DNA from: Eledone cirrhosa
Taxonomy: Eukaryota
DNA length: 64,000 bases
Direction: 5' to 3'
Assembly (NCBI GenBank): GCA_964016885.1
Contig: OZ024742.1
Span: 8,742,001 to 8,806,000, forward strand
Part shown: positions 1-12,868 of the stretch, piece after piece
Position numbering within the stretch: the stretch's first letter is position 1
Layout of the letters: each line of letters opens with the position of its first letter
Made by a program: the position numbers and the translations under genes
Notes under the pieces: generated by a model
Told to the model about the DNA's origin: nothing
What the model saw: only the letters and a program-made list of their open reading frames with translations
The model's database searches: none

Positions 1-127
1 TACCATTCAAATATTGCCTTCGATACAATGGGACCACTACACATACATACTCCTACAAAAAAACCTCAGGCCATGAACCTAAAATATAAACCATATTTGA
101 CATGATACAAACTGTAGTATATTATTA

Positions 128-305
128 TGGTTTGGCAGTATCGGTAGAGCGTCAGATACCATGCTTTGCACCATAGTTATGGCCGTTTGCGTTCTGAGTT
201 CAAATCCACCGAGGTTAACTTTGCCTTTCATCCTTACGAGGTCAATAAAATAAAGTACCAGTGATGCACTGGGGTAATAGCTGGCCTTGTGCCAAAAGTA
301 GAAAC
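128..305 (+). mobile_element. tRNA-derived SINE, copy 1 (internal deletion near 3' end)
   Basis: A-box-like TGGCAGTATCGG and B-box-like GAGTTCAAATCC, then the body AACTTTGCCTTTCATCCTTAC-G-GGTC-ATAAAATAAAGTACCAGT shared with the copies at 319 and 2103. Confidence 0.8.
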
Positions 306-318
306 TCTATTTTACAGT

Positions 319-536
319 GGTGGATTGGCAGTATTGGTAGAGGGTCTGACGCCATGCTTTGCAGCAAAGAGTTACGGCCCTTTATGGTCTGAGTTCAAAT
401 CCCGCCGAGGTTAACTTTGCCTTTCAGCCTTACGGGGTCGATAAAATAAAGTACCAGTCACGCATTGGGATCGATTTAATCGACTTTGCCCTCCCCCAAA
501 ATTGCTGGCTTTGTGCCTATATAAGAAACCATTATT
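319..536 (+). mobile_element. tRNA-derived SINE, copy 2 (near full length)
   Basis: TGGCAGTATTGG ... GAGTTCAAATCCC ... GGGGTCGATAAAATAAAGTACCAGT ... GCTGGCTTTGTGCCT ... GAAACC followed by an ATTATT tail; colinear with copy 1. Confidence 0.85.
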
Positions 537-1034
537 AGAATTCTTCATATTTTCATATTAAAACATACCAGAGAACTTTGCCATGTTTATTTTCATAGCT
601 TATTCTATTTTTGACAAAATATAATACTGTCTATTTTCTTCGAATGTAAATTGCGCTGTCTACATTTACCATATTAACCGGAGGAAGGGATAAAGAGAAT
701 TTTTCTTCATTTTTCTATTTAAAATCTTCCGCTTGTTTAACAATCAGTTTTCATGTTGAACTAGTCAGCGGCACAGTTGTCTAGCAACCGATATACGTGA
801 GCTTCTGGCCTCCTCAGAAGTTGTTCATTAAAAGTTGTGAGTTGCAAAACCCAGACATATTTGGACTAAAATATGATTTTGTATATATTTCAATCCCTAG
901 AATATTTTAATTTCAAATTCTACCAAAGAATACGATCGAGGATACAAGCGGACGAAATGGGGTGGCCCCGAATAGTTTTTGAAGTAATGTTACTCGATAG
1001 AGTGTGGAGCTCTAAGATCAGAGTCATTTCAGGT

Positions 1035-1072
1035 AGAAGAAGAAGAAGAAGAAGAAGAAGAAGAAGAAGAAG

Positions 1073-1102
<30 letters not shown>
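1035..1102. repeat. (GAA)n microsatellite, about 22 units
   Basis: Perfect trinucleotide run read directly. Confidence 0.98.
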
Positions 1103-1104
<2 letters not shown>

Positions 1105-2102
1105 CTAAGGTAGATGAAATGGGCGCCACTGAACCGCTAAAATTATTTATTTGTACTTCTGCCAGAAATTATGTTAAAATTGTAGTTTAATATATTGTAT
1201 AACTAATGAATTACTATTTATTGTTTTGCTGTATGGTATAAATAATAATTCAGGCTTTATTATCAAACTCTTTCATATTATATCTTTTAAATTATCTCTT
1301 TCATTTCTATGTATTGTATTTATTCTGTTTCATCAGGCCCCAAGTATTCATATGAGTGTCCCATTTCCTTTATTACATTATTACTGCATCTAAACACTGG
1401 CATAATATATCGGTTTTATTTATTTGCCAAACTGAGGGATGGTGGTATGAGGGGTGAGGGGCTTTAGCATATTTTTCCAATCTGGTAGCCACGTATTGAT
1501 GACTTTATTTTCAGCATTTAGTAGATTTTTCAGTTATCTGTTTACCATTTATTGTCACATTTTAAGTCAAATATAGATAGGTGGTTTATAGTCTCTCCAC
1601 GGCATTTACAACCTTGCTGGTTTGGCTCAACAGATTTCTGCTTGCTTTCAGAGATAGGAAGACATTTTGATGAAAAATAAGCAATCTCTAAAAAAACTGC
1701 CCTTCCCAGGGCACCACAACTGATTTTAATGTTTTGTTCTTATATTTTTTTCTCATATTATTTTCAATTTGTTTATCATATTGTAAAAATCAATGTTTTC
1801 CAATGCGTTGTGACATGGTTGATATGCTGCCTTAATATTGCAGTTATTTCGATTATAGCCAATATCTCACCAATACATAACGGCACAGTAGGCTGCCGAA
1901 AGCTGCTCACCAATCAATCGATGCTAACTTGAAATTATTTTCTTACTATCTGTCATAATTGGTTGATTAACCAATAGTTGTGGCATATATCCATACACAA
2001 CGTTCCGGAACTATTTCTATTCAATTACTAATAATATTAAAACCCATTTTCAACAGATGGCCTGGACTGTCGAAAACTTTAGACAACTTATGATTAATAA
2101 TA

Positions 2103-2412
2103 TGGCATAGGACTGTGGAGCGCCGGACAATATGCTATATGGCATATAGTTACGTTCTTTTACATTCTTAGTTCAAATTACGTCGAAGTTAGCTTTGCCT
2201 TTCATCCTTACGGGGTCGATGAAATAAAGTACCAGTAAGACAATGGTGTCGATTTCATCCATTTTCTTCTCCGCCAAAAATTGTTGGCATTGTGTCTGAA
2301 TCAGACACCATCATTACGAGCTCGATGAAATAAAGTACCAGTAACGTTCTGGGGTTCGATTTAATCGACCTTCCCTCCCCGTATATTGTGCCTAAATCGG
2401 AAAACTTTATTA
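2103..2412 (+). mobile_element. Diverged SINE copy (about 2103-2315) followed by a second 3' half (about 2316-2412)
   Basis: GTTCAAAT ... GCTTTGCCTTTCATCCTTACGGGGTCGATGAAATAAAGTACCAGTAA; the TCGATGAAATAAAGTACCAGTAA motif recurs at about 2322. Confidence 0.75.
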
Positions 2413-2793
2413 CTAAAATAACATAACGTAATTATGAATATTGTATATCACAATTTTGTTATCGTTCGCAAATATGCCATGATACATCTCTCACAATAAT
2501 ATAACTCTCATAATGATATACCTTGTTATACATCATCTTGTACAGGAGTAGTTCTTTGTGTAACTACAAATATATAATATATCTCATATGTAGATTGTGT
2601 TATAAGTGAAGTATGCCTGAACCAACAGCCACAATCACCCAATAACTAGGTTCTGATTTACCAGGGTTAATCTTTCTTCTCATACCAGTGATATGGATGA
2701 AATAATGTGCCTGTAAATCATGTTCACACACTTGTACACACTCTTGCACACACACCTGCATATATTTGCATATGGTATATGTGTGTCTTTGTG

Positions 2794-3013
2794 CATGAGT
2801 GGTGCTGAAAGATTCCTGGCTTTAGGGTAAAGGAAAATATAGGAGGATCAGTTATTGTGATTTTATTCAATACATTCCCCTCTCAGATTCACACACCTAT
2901 TGCAGCGGTCCTTCAGTTTTTCTAAGCCCTGTAAAAAGAACTCGGAAGGTTGGGCCTCCAAACAAGCCTCTGTAGTAGGGATCAAACCAGGAACTTTTCA
3001 GTATAACCACGTA
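2794..3013. mobile_element. MITE, about 220 bp, probable Tc1/mariner derivative
   Basis: Imperfect terminal inverted repeats: left GGTGCTGAAAGATTCCTGGCTTT (2801), right AAACCAGGAACTTTTCAGTAT (2984). The right end finishes in CGTA, like mariner TACG termini with a TA target. No ORF. Confidence 0.65.
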
Positions 3014-3029
3014 CATATGTAAACGTAAG

Positions 3030-3090
3030 CACACATACATACACACTCATGTAGACATACATACATATACATATATACATACATACATAC
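3030..3090. repeat. Degenerate (CATA)n microsatellite, 5' flank of the R4-clade element
   Basis: acatacatacatatacatatatacatacatacatac. Confidence 0.85.
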
Positions 3091-6000
3091 AGTCAACGCG
3101 ATCAGTCGCATATTTTGGCGTGGGAGACTATTTATTAAATTTAAGATGAATACTATCTCCGACAGTAATGCCACAACTACAGTAATGTTGAATAACTGTT
3201 TATCCTTCTAACTATCTCTTCTGAAGACACCTTTTATTCGAATTCGTAGAGATATCCGACTAAATACATAATTCATTTTACAAGGATTTGCTACAAACAG
3301 CATCGCTGAACACAACATCAACAACAAAATTAAGGAAGTACCGAAGACAACCAACAAGAAAGGTAAACAAACTTTATTCAGGTCTAGCTACAGAAGAAAC
3401 CGAAATTATAAATCGCATTTCTCTTGGAGTTGCGAACTTAATAATGATTTATTTACTTCTTATAAAATGGCAAAAAACAATCCCACCATTGGCTATATGA
3501 ACAGAATGAAGCTACACTGGGACGAAATGCACCCATAGCTAAATTATTTCACAGCGAAACAATTACCCCAACAAACGACGTTTGTTGAACGTAAAAATAA
3601 GATAAATATTTTTAATTATAAGTCCCCTACAACAAACATGTTATCAACACGTGCTACAGGTCGCCATGCTACTAGACTTCCTAGCATCCAGGCCGAACAG
3701 CGCCTTGAAACAACTATGCCTGTAAGAAACTTGACACCAACTGTACCATCTAAGTCTACCTCGAATGCTGGGGAAAACACTATCGATAATAATAATAATC
3801 GAAGAAATTTGACACCACGTGTACCATCCGTATCTACCTCGACTGTTGTGGAAAATACTATCGATAATGATATTAATTAAAAGTATAAACAATTGAAATT
3901 TTCCCTCAACGAAATCTTCCAGGGAGAAATTAATTCATGTATAAATATCTCTCTTGCTGAATGTGTTAAAACAACAATATTTAATAAAAAAACAAATAAT
4001 GAAATATTACGTGTTATTGACGAAATAGGGGATGAATATTTACGACAGATAAAAACCCCAATATTTTGGCAAATCAACGCCTTTTTATATGCCTTAGCAA
4101 CGACAGTGAAACATTATCTTGGTGATATCAAAGATATTAACAAGAACAGAACACCACCAAAAATATCATCATAACTAAAATAGAAAAAAAGATTGCTGAC
4201 CTACGAAAAAACATAGGATATGTGACAATGCACTTTACATGCAAACAAACACAAAAAAAACTCACAAATAAAATAGAGACGATGTTTGGTAATAGTAGAA
4301 CCAGAACTCTCCAATATAAGCTGATCACCCTCAAACAAGAATTGAGAGCTGTTAGCGAAAAACGCCGATATCTGAAGAAGGTAGATGAGAGAAAAGTGCT
4401 TAATAAAAGATTCAGAAGAAACCAAACATCAGTCTATAGAGATATGAAGGGCAAAATAATAAGTGTCACTGAGGCCCCATCCCAGAAAGACATAGATTCC
4501 TTTTGGAGGAAAATATGGGGTGAAAGGAAGAATTTCAACCAAGATGCAGTGTGGCTAAGAGAAATCCGAAAGAACTATTGCTCCTACACTACAACAAAAA
4601 CATACGAAATAAGTGAGGATACCCTTGAGACTGTGATAGGAAAACTCCAAGATAAGAAAACACCAGGAAGAGACATGATTGTCGGCTACTGGTACAAAAC
4701 ACTGATATTCTATCGGAGGTATCTTACTGACCTCTACCAACAAGTTCTTAAGGGAGATACACTTATACCAGAATGGTTGACATTATCACAATCATTACTG
4801 GTCCCCAAGAACAAAGACACCCACTTGGCAAAAAAATACCGACCCATTGCATGCCAGAACCTGGTGTATAAGATGTATACAGCCTGCCTGAACCTATTCC
4901 TCCAAGATCCCTATGAAAATAATAACATCATCACAGATGAACAAGCAGCTGGAAAGAAAGGGGTTTGGGGATGTGCTGAACAACTCCTAATCAACAAAAC
5001 TACGATGTCGGAGGTGCGACAACTTAGGGGGAATATGGCTACAGTCTGGCTCGACTACAGGAAAGCTTTCGATTCTGTTCCCCACTCTTGGATGATAGAG
5101 GCCCTCCAACTTGCTAAAGTCCCAGACATTATTGTCAGAGTCATAGAGAAGCTGTCTTCTTCTTGGGCTACTATCCTAAGGTTAAAGACAGAGAGGGAGG
5201 ACTCTATTTTCACTGATAAAATAAAATATTGCAGAGGTATATTTCAGGGGGACAGTCTCTCTGTGATATTATTCATCTTGTCATTAAACCCCTTGTCCTT
5301 TCTGCTCAAGAAATGTGAGGGATACATCATTGGCTCACAAGAGGACAGAAATACGAACCTAACCCATAATTTCTTTGTGGACGATCTGAAACTCTATGCC
5401 AAGAACATGGATGGGATGAAGAAAAATCTTGACCTGGTTACAACGTTCTCAAAGGTTATAGGAATGGAGGTTGGCCAAGATAAATGCTCATACATGACTG
5501 TAAAGCGGGGGAAAACAACAACCCAATCTAGCAACATGACCAATCAATGGCCTAACTGTTTCACCGATATCTGATGAGAACTGCTACAGATACCTGGGGA
5601 TAGATGAGAACATATCCTATAATGGTATCTGTAATAAAGAACGCGTAACAAGGGAATACTACACCCGATTAAGAAAGATCTGGTCATCGGAACTCTCTGC
5701 GCAAAACAAAACAGTGGCTCACAATGTGTTTGATGTGCCTGTCCTAACACCAACGTTTGGAATACTCAATTGGACGACAGACGAAATCAGAGCAGTTGAT
5801 GTTGGAACTCGAAAAATACTAAACAACACCGGAAATTTCACATCAACAGTGACATAGACCGCCTTTACTTGAAATGTAAGCAGAGAGGCAGAGGCCTAAC
5901 ATCAGTCCAGAAAACATTTGAATGTCGCATCATGTCTCTCCGACTACATCTACGAACCTCGAAACGTAGGATCCCGTTTCTCGAGCAAGTCTATCTGCAT

Positions 6001-7116
6001 GAAACAGATAAGATCATGAGAGTTGTGAAGGAACTCCTCGAGAGATATTCCCTGTGTGATAATCAAAAACTCACACCCAGGGAAGTCGCTCAGCAGTGTC
6101 GCAGTGAATCCATGGATGAAAAACTGCATGCCTATCAGCAAAATATCATGCATGGATATGTTGCCAGAAAGCTCCAGAGTGAGAGTAATATAGATAAGGA
6201 AAGTAGTGTATATTGGACTAACAACCGCTATATTTGCTCCCACTTTGAAGGATACGCTTTTGCAATCCAGGAACAGGAGATTAACACGAAATACCTGATT
6301 CACAAAAGAGATAGGGATGCAGGCAAAACACCTAGATGTGATAACAAGTGAAGACTCTGCAGAATTAACATCGAGGATATCACCCATGTCATAAGCAGCT
6401 GTCGAAAAATGTCATCGCGGTACTATCTACCTATGAGGCTTGATGTAGTGGCCAAACCACTGTACAATGAAGTCCGTAAAAAAGATAGCCCCGATAATAA
6501 ACACATTAAAAGCTACAGCAATGTGGAAGACATCCATGTACATAATATGAAAGAGTACTGGTGGAATGTTCCAGTAAAAACCCCAATAAAATGCAGGCAT
6601 AACAGACCAGATATTATGATATGGGACAGGGAGAAGAAAGCATGCACAGTAGTGGAAATTAGCTGCCCAGCAGATGCCAATATAATATCAAAGATTAGCG
6701 AAAAGGAGAATACTTATGCAGAACTGATGAGAAATCTGCAGATATTCCACCATGATTACACCTTCAGATTTTTGCCTGTGATTATTGGGGCACTGGGATA
6801 TGTTAGTAACTGCCTCAATACAAATCTTGAGAAGGACACAACTAGTTAGGAAATTACAAGTACAATTTCATTAATGGAACAGTAAAAATATGTAAAACAT
6901 TCCAAAAATTTTGCATCTAATAACTACATATACACATGTACAGATGCAACTCAAAGCATTCACATCGACACAAAATAACATCCATATCTACACATACATA
7001 CATATATATCTACCTAGTTGATGTTCTGTAAATTACAATGAGAGAGTCTTGTGTCTATGTTAGAAACCGACTCTCTCTCTATTGGTAAAACTTTGTGAAA
7101 TTATAAAACCAGAAGA
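3091..7116 (+). mobile_element. Non-LTR retrotransposon with restriction-like endonuclease, R4/Dong clade, near full length, decayed
   Basis: Single-ORF domain order: N-terminal GYMNRMKLHWDEMHP*..TAKQL motif (3491), RT, CCHC knuckle, then PD..E endonuclease. ACATAC flanks both sides. Confidence 0.88.
3146..6920 (+). pseudogene. Disrupted RT-RLE polyprotein of the R4/Dong-clade element
   Basis: RT motifs KTPGRD, YRPIAC, WLDYRKAFDSVPH, GIFQGDSLS and FFVDDLK in 4222-5574, with YRYLG after a frameshift. C*RLC...HVISSC at 6336-6403 has a Cys-to-TGA change. NRPDIMIWD...VVEISCP lies in 6409-6849 and the C-terminus is GTVKICKTFQKFCI*. Several stops and frameshifts; start position approximate. Confidence 0.88.
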
Positions 7117-7224
7117 ACATACGTATAAATACACAAACACATATTAGGTGAAGAGGGCAGCTGCAAGTTTGCGTAAATACATTCGTGGATGAATACTCAT
7201 GCGGGCAGCAGCACAAACATGTAA

Positions 7225-7373
7225 ATGTATATATATATGTGTTTGTATGATATATGTATGAATATATATATATGTGTTTTTATTATATATGTATATATAT
7301 ATATATATATATGTGCTTGTATGCGTACACGTGTGTGATTGTGTGGGTGGGTGTTTATTGAGAGAGAGAGAGA

Positions 7374-7455
<82 letters not shown>

Positions 7456-7552
7456 TATATTTAAATTGTTAGCCAGAAACAGATTGACAGATAAACAGAC
7501 AAATCGATAGATAGATGGATATATATATATATATATATATAGATAGATAGAT
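7225..7552. repeat. Compound microsatellite cluster (TA)n/(TG)n/(GA)n/(GACA)n/(GATA)n
   Basis: Long (TA)n at about 7376-7452; GATA repeats adjoin Tx1 copy A. Confidence 0.92.
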
Positions 7553-8484
7553 AAATTTCTTTATTAGCCACAAGGGCACAAAAGAAGGGGACAAATACAA
7601 ATGGGAGTTTACATACAGGTAAATAAAACTATTAATACAATAACAAATAACAATTGATATCCCCAATAGGGGGAGGTGTTGCACAGGGGTTGTACACACC
7701 CCGAAAAAATGTACAACCCTCATCTCCAGGAGCACCAAGAGTGAGTAATGCCTTCCTCTCTTCCTCTTTGTCCTCAACCTGCAGGCTTATATAGAGAGGA
7801 GGCCCAACCAATCGGGCCATATTTGCCACATTCACCCACCTTTTATAAAACTTGCTGGGGTACAGCACCTCTCTCTCCATCCTGATTCTTCTTCCAAAAT
7901 GATATTTGAAAAAAACAATCAGTTGCTCGCCGGAGAGAAAGGTGTCTGACCTCAGCCCTTTTAACCTCGTCCACCATATAACCTCTTTCACCATAGCCAT
8001 AACATGTAGGAAAACCGCCTCTCCCTCGTTTTTGAAGGAGGGTGGCGGTTTGATCATGACAATGGACTCGGTAGTCAACTGGATTGTCCCACCCGCGACA
8101 ATAGTCGTTCTACATAGCCCCACATGTCAGTAACGCCCGGGCAGTGTACAAATGCGTGTGCGACGGTTTCCTCGTCGCGCACGCATCTCGGACAGATCTT
8201 TTTCGAAAGGTCCCTACCCGGCGCCCGTGTCTGTAGAGCTTGTCTCGAACTGGTAGAGCTCCTCGGTAACACTGCCAGGCCAGGGACTTTGGAAGTTGTC
8301 CAATTGGTCCCGAGCGGTAGGCCCTACCGAACAGACTGCCAGTTCGTCCTCCTCTACGCCTTGAGTTTCTCCGAGCGTGTCGTCGCACTTACTGCGGACC
8401 AACCCTCTATAGAATGTCGAAGTGGTGACACCACTGATCGCCTGGTCCGTTTGGCAGATGACTGTGAGCACCTGAGCACATTCG
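7553..8484 (-). mobile_element. Tx1-group non-LTR retrotransposon, copy A (5'-truncated, divergent subfamily)
   Basis: Encodes the ORF2 C-terminus (KSLAWQCYRGALPV, CPRC..EETVAHAFVHC, KEVIWWTRLKGL) with frameshifts. The 3' UTR ends AATAAAGAAATTTA followed by (TCTA)n. Confidence 0.92.

Positions 8485-9112
<628 letters not shown>

Positions 9113-9147
<35 letters not shown>
9113..9147. repeat. (GATA)n spacer between Tx1 copies B and C
   Basis: Perfect run of about 9 units. Confidence 0.97.
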
Positions 9148-9149
<2 letters not shown>

Positions 9150-9415
9150 CTTTCTTTTTATTTGCCACCAAGGCATCAAAGAGTGTGACAAGTACAATGG
9201 GGGGAGTTTGCATGACAAGGCGTCCTCAATAAGGAGGAGGCAATAACAAGATATAACAAATACAATATAAAATATAACAAAAATAAATTTAATAACAACA
9301 TCCTCAATAGGGAGGAGGCGCCTTGGGGGTCACACACACCCCCGAAAAATGTGTGCAACCCTTCTCCTCAGGAGCAAAGAGGCGGGGTGCTCCCTTGATC
9401 TTTCATCTTCCTCAC

Positions 9416-12400
9416 CTATAGTCTGATGTAGAGTGAAGGCCATTCACACTGGCCATTCTCGCCACTTTCACCCATCTTTCATAAAAACGGCTGGGGTGCA
9501 GCACCTCTCTCTCCATCCTGATCCTTCTTCCGAAATGATATCGGAAGAAACGGACCAGTTGTTGGCCAGAGAGAAAGGTGTCTGACCTCAGTCCTTTCAG
9601 ACGCGTCCACCATACAACCTCTTTCGCCATGGCTATTCCGCACAGAAACACCGCCTCTCCTTCGTTTTTGAAGAGGGGAGGCGGCTTGATCATTACAATA
9701 GACTCGGTGGTCAACCGGATCGGTCCCACCCTTGACAGCATTCGTTCGACATAGCCCCACAGATCGGCAATGCCCGAGCAGTGTACCAATGCGTGTGCAA
9801 CGGTTTCCTCGTCGCACACGCATCTGGGACAGATCTTTTTCGAGGGGTCCCTACCCGGGCACCCGTGTATGTAGAGCCTTTCTTGAACGGACAGATCCCC
9901 TCGGTAGCACTACCAGGCCAGGGACCTCTGGAAGTTATCCATGGGTCCCGGGCTGAATGTCCTACCGAACAGGTTGGCCAGTTCGTCTTCCTCTATGCCT
10001 CGGGCTTCTCCGAGGACACGTCGCATATGCTAACCACCAGCCCTCTATAGAATTACGAGTTGGATTCTCCACTGACAGCCGAGTCCGCCTGCTAGAGAGC
10101 CGTGAGCGCCTGGGCACACTCGGTGTGCCAAGCGCCCAGTTTTCTCGGTCTTTGCTTGACGAAGGATTCCAGCTCGGTGAGTGAGACGAGTTTGGGAAAG
10201 GCTCGCCACACAAACAGGGTCCACACCTGTTGACCGGTGAGGAATACCTGGAGGTGCCGTAGCCTTAATGCGTGTTTACGTATCATTAGCCACGGAATGC
10301 CCCGCCCTCCTTTCGAAGGGTGTTGACAGCAGATGGATCTCCTCACCATAGGAGCCCGCTTCTTCCAAAGGAATTGGAAGAGTGCGCGCTCCATTTTGGC
10401 GAGCGTTTACCTTGGGCAAGGCACGACGGTCATGCGGTAGTAGATGACGGACGCTATATAAGTGTTCGCTACCTCCGCCCGACCTTTCAGGGACAGTTTG
10501 CACTCGGCCCACTTCTTGGTCAGTGCAAACCCCCTGTTCGTTACCTCACCCCAGTTCTTTCCACCTGGAGGTCTGGTCCGAACCAAACCCCGAGCAACTT
10601 CACCGGGCCCTCCGTCCAGCACCCGACGATGCCATCGGAGGGCATCGATCTGCCCCTCCACGTGCCGGGTTGCAGACCGATTGACTTGTCCCGGTTCAGC
10701 TTAGCCCCTGTAAAACTTTCGTACTCCTCCAGTAAGGTGCCGATCGCCCCGATTTCCGAGGCCGTCGCCACCATTACTGTTACGTCATCGGCGTAGGCTG
10801 ACAACGCTTTTCGCAATCCCGGTTCCAACGGGATGCCCTGAAACAACTTCAACTTCCGCAGCAGTGGCTTTAGAGTCATTACATACAGAAGGGATGAGAG
10901 AGGGCACCCTTGTCGGATGGACCGCGCGATTGCGAACGGCTCCGAAAGGTAGCCGTTAACCTTGACCCTAGAGCAGATGCGGCTGCTGTGCATGGCATTG
11001 ATCCAGCCCCTGAAAACGGTCCGAAGCCTGCCGCCACTAGCACCGCATCCAGGTAACCATGGTCGACCCTATCGAACGCCTTAGATTGATCCAAGTTGAT
11101 CAGGGCCCCACCAAAGCCGGGTTCGTTCCCAACCCTCTCTATGATTTATCGCATGAGGTGGAGGTTGTCGTGGATGGACCTGGACGGGATAGCACATGTC
11201 TGCGCATCTCCCACCAGGTTGCCCACGACAAGCGCCAACCTCTTTGCTAGCACCTTGGCCAAAATCTGTAACTCTGTATTTAGCAGAGTTATGGGCCTGA
11301 AATTATTTATATCGTCCCCCTTGTTCTCGTCCTTCCTCACTATCATGACTACCCCCTTGGTCACAGCACAGGGAATTCTCCCGTTCTGTCGCCAGTTGCA
11401 GTAGACTGCCTCGAGGAGATCGGGGAACAAGTCCGGCATAGCTAGATATAGTTCGTATGGAAGACCATCGAGACCCGGAGATTTGCGTTTGCCGCATTGG
11501 CTCAGCACGTCCTCTATCTCAGCGGCTGAAATCGGCTCCTCGCAGGACTTCGCCTGCCTGTCCGAGAGACGCGGCAGGCCGTCGAGGTATGGACCAAAGT
11601 CCACTTCCCCAACCGGCACCCCGCCCCTTCCGAACAATCTGGCAAAGTGCTTTTGAAAAGCTTCGCACATCTGCTTAGGTTCAAGAATCACCCGTCCATC
11701 CTGGTCTCACAAAGACCGGATAGTGGATCTCCTCCCTCTTTTGGCTTCTGTCACGCGGGCTCACCTAACAGCTTTGGTCCCCTCGTTTCCCAGAGCGCGT
11801 ATTTTTGCTTCGGACGATGCAGCCTTCATATTTCGGGTCGAAGAACTGGCCCAGAGCCGTTCTCGACGCTAGCACTCTGGCTACGTCGCCGCTTCTAATT
11901 GCCTCTTCTACACTATCTATCAACTCCCTTTCCTTCCTATTTCTATTTAAGGCTAACTCCTTACTAAATTCTATAGAGACTACTCTAATCTCTCTTTTGA
12001 GAGATCCCCACCACCTGCTGTTGACGATGGCGCCCGTCAACCGCTCCTTAACTAAAGTGCTAATGCGGTCCCTGTAAGCCTTACTTGCCGGAAAGGACAA
12101 GTTGAGCTTCCAGTAACCGGGGCCCTGTCTATGCGTTCTATCAAGGTTGACCATGCAGGTCATTAACTTGTGGTTTGAATAGCCAACCATGAGCATTTTT
12201 GGACGACTTACAAAGTCCTTATCCTTATTTCTAACTAAGAACCCATCTAGGTACGACCTAGATGATCCGCTGCGGTTTGCCCAAGTCCTGGTTGTCGCAG
12301 TCGTAAAATCTAGTCGATATCTATCGGCCAGGTCAAATCGACCGATTAACCCTTTGAGGCTATTACACCCCTCTCTATCGGGACAGGCCCCTACGTAAGC

Positions 12401-12844
12401 TCAACGTGCATCTAGGATACCATTCCAGTCCCCCACTAATAGCAAGGAGCGTCCCTAGAAAAGTCTCCAGACGATGGAAGAAGTCCGGCCGCGTTAACCC
12501 GAATGGACCGTAGACGGCTAGCAGACTAAACGCTCCTCCCTCACCACTGTCAAGGTCCAGAACCACTAGTCGACCCTCCAGGTCCAAATGTACCGTCTGT
12601 GTTGCGAGACCCAGATATTTTTGCAGCAGAACGACAACCCACCCCACCACCGGGCTGACAGAGAGATGCGTGCATTGTCAAATTCATCAAAGGTGGGGGC
12701 CAGCTGTCGCACGTTGCTGATCTGGGCCTCGCAAATAACCATCAAATATATACGTTGTGAACTGAGGTCATTTAGCAGCATTGCTTGCTTCCAAGTTGAG
12801 CACAGGCCACGCGCATTTAGACAGCCTACTCTCAGCATAGCCAT
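9416..12844 (-). pseudogene. ORF2 of copy C (APE endonuclease, reverse transcriptase, CCHC finger), multiple frameshifts
   Basis: APE motifs RVGCLNARGL, ICE, GRLVVLD, AVYGP, SRYLD read as SSRSYLD on the coding strand, YSNHK and GPGYWKLN. RT motifs KSPGLDGLP, NFRPITLLN, DQSKAFDRVDH, RQGCPLS and AYADD. Colinear with the intact ORF of copy E. Confidence 0.92.
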
Positions 12845-12868
12845 GTTGGTGGTGAAGAGAAAAGGCAC

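Noticed and set aside
128-536. tRNA genes
   Set aside because: A/B-box-like motifs are too far apart, there is no cloverleaf, and they are followed by a shared SINE body.
873-1190. Poly-Arg / poly-Leu ORFs
   Set aside because: Translations of the (GAA)n microsatellite.
2590-2720. Possible highly decayed SINE (GGTTCTGATT...GGTTAATCTTTCTTCTCAT...GATGAAATAA)
   Set aside because: Similarity to the other copies is too weak to support by eye.
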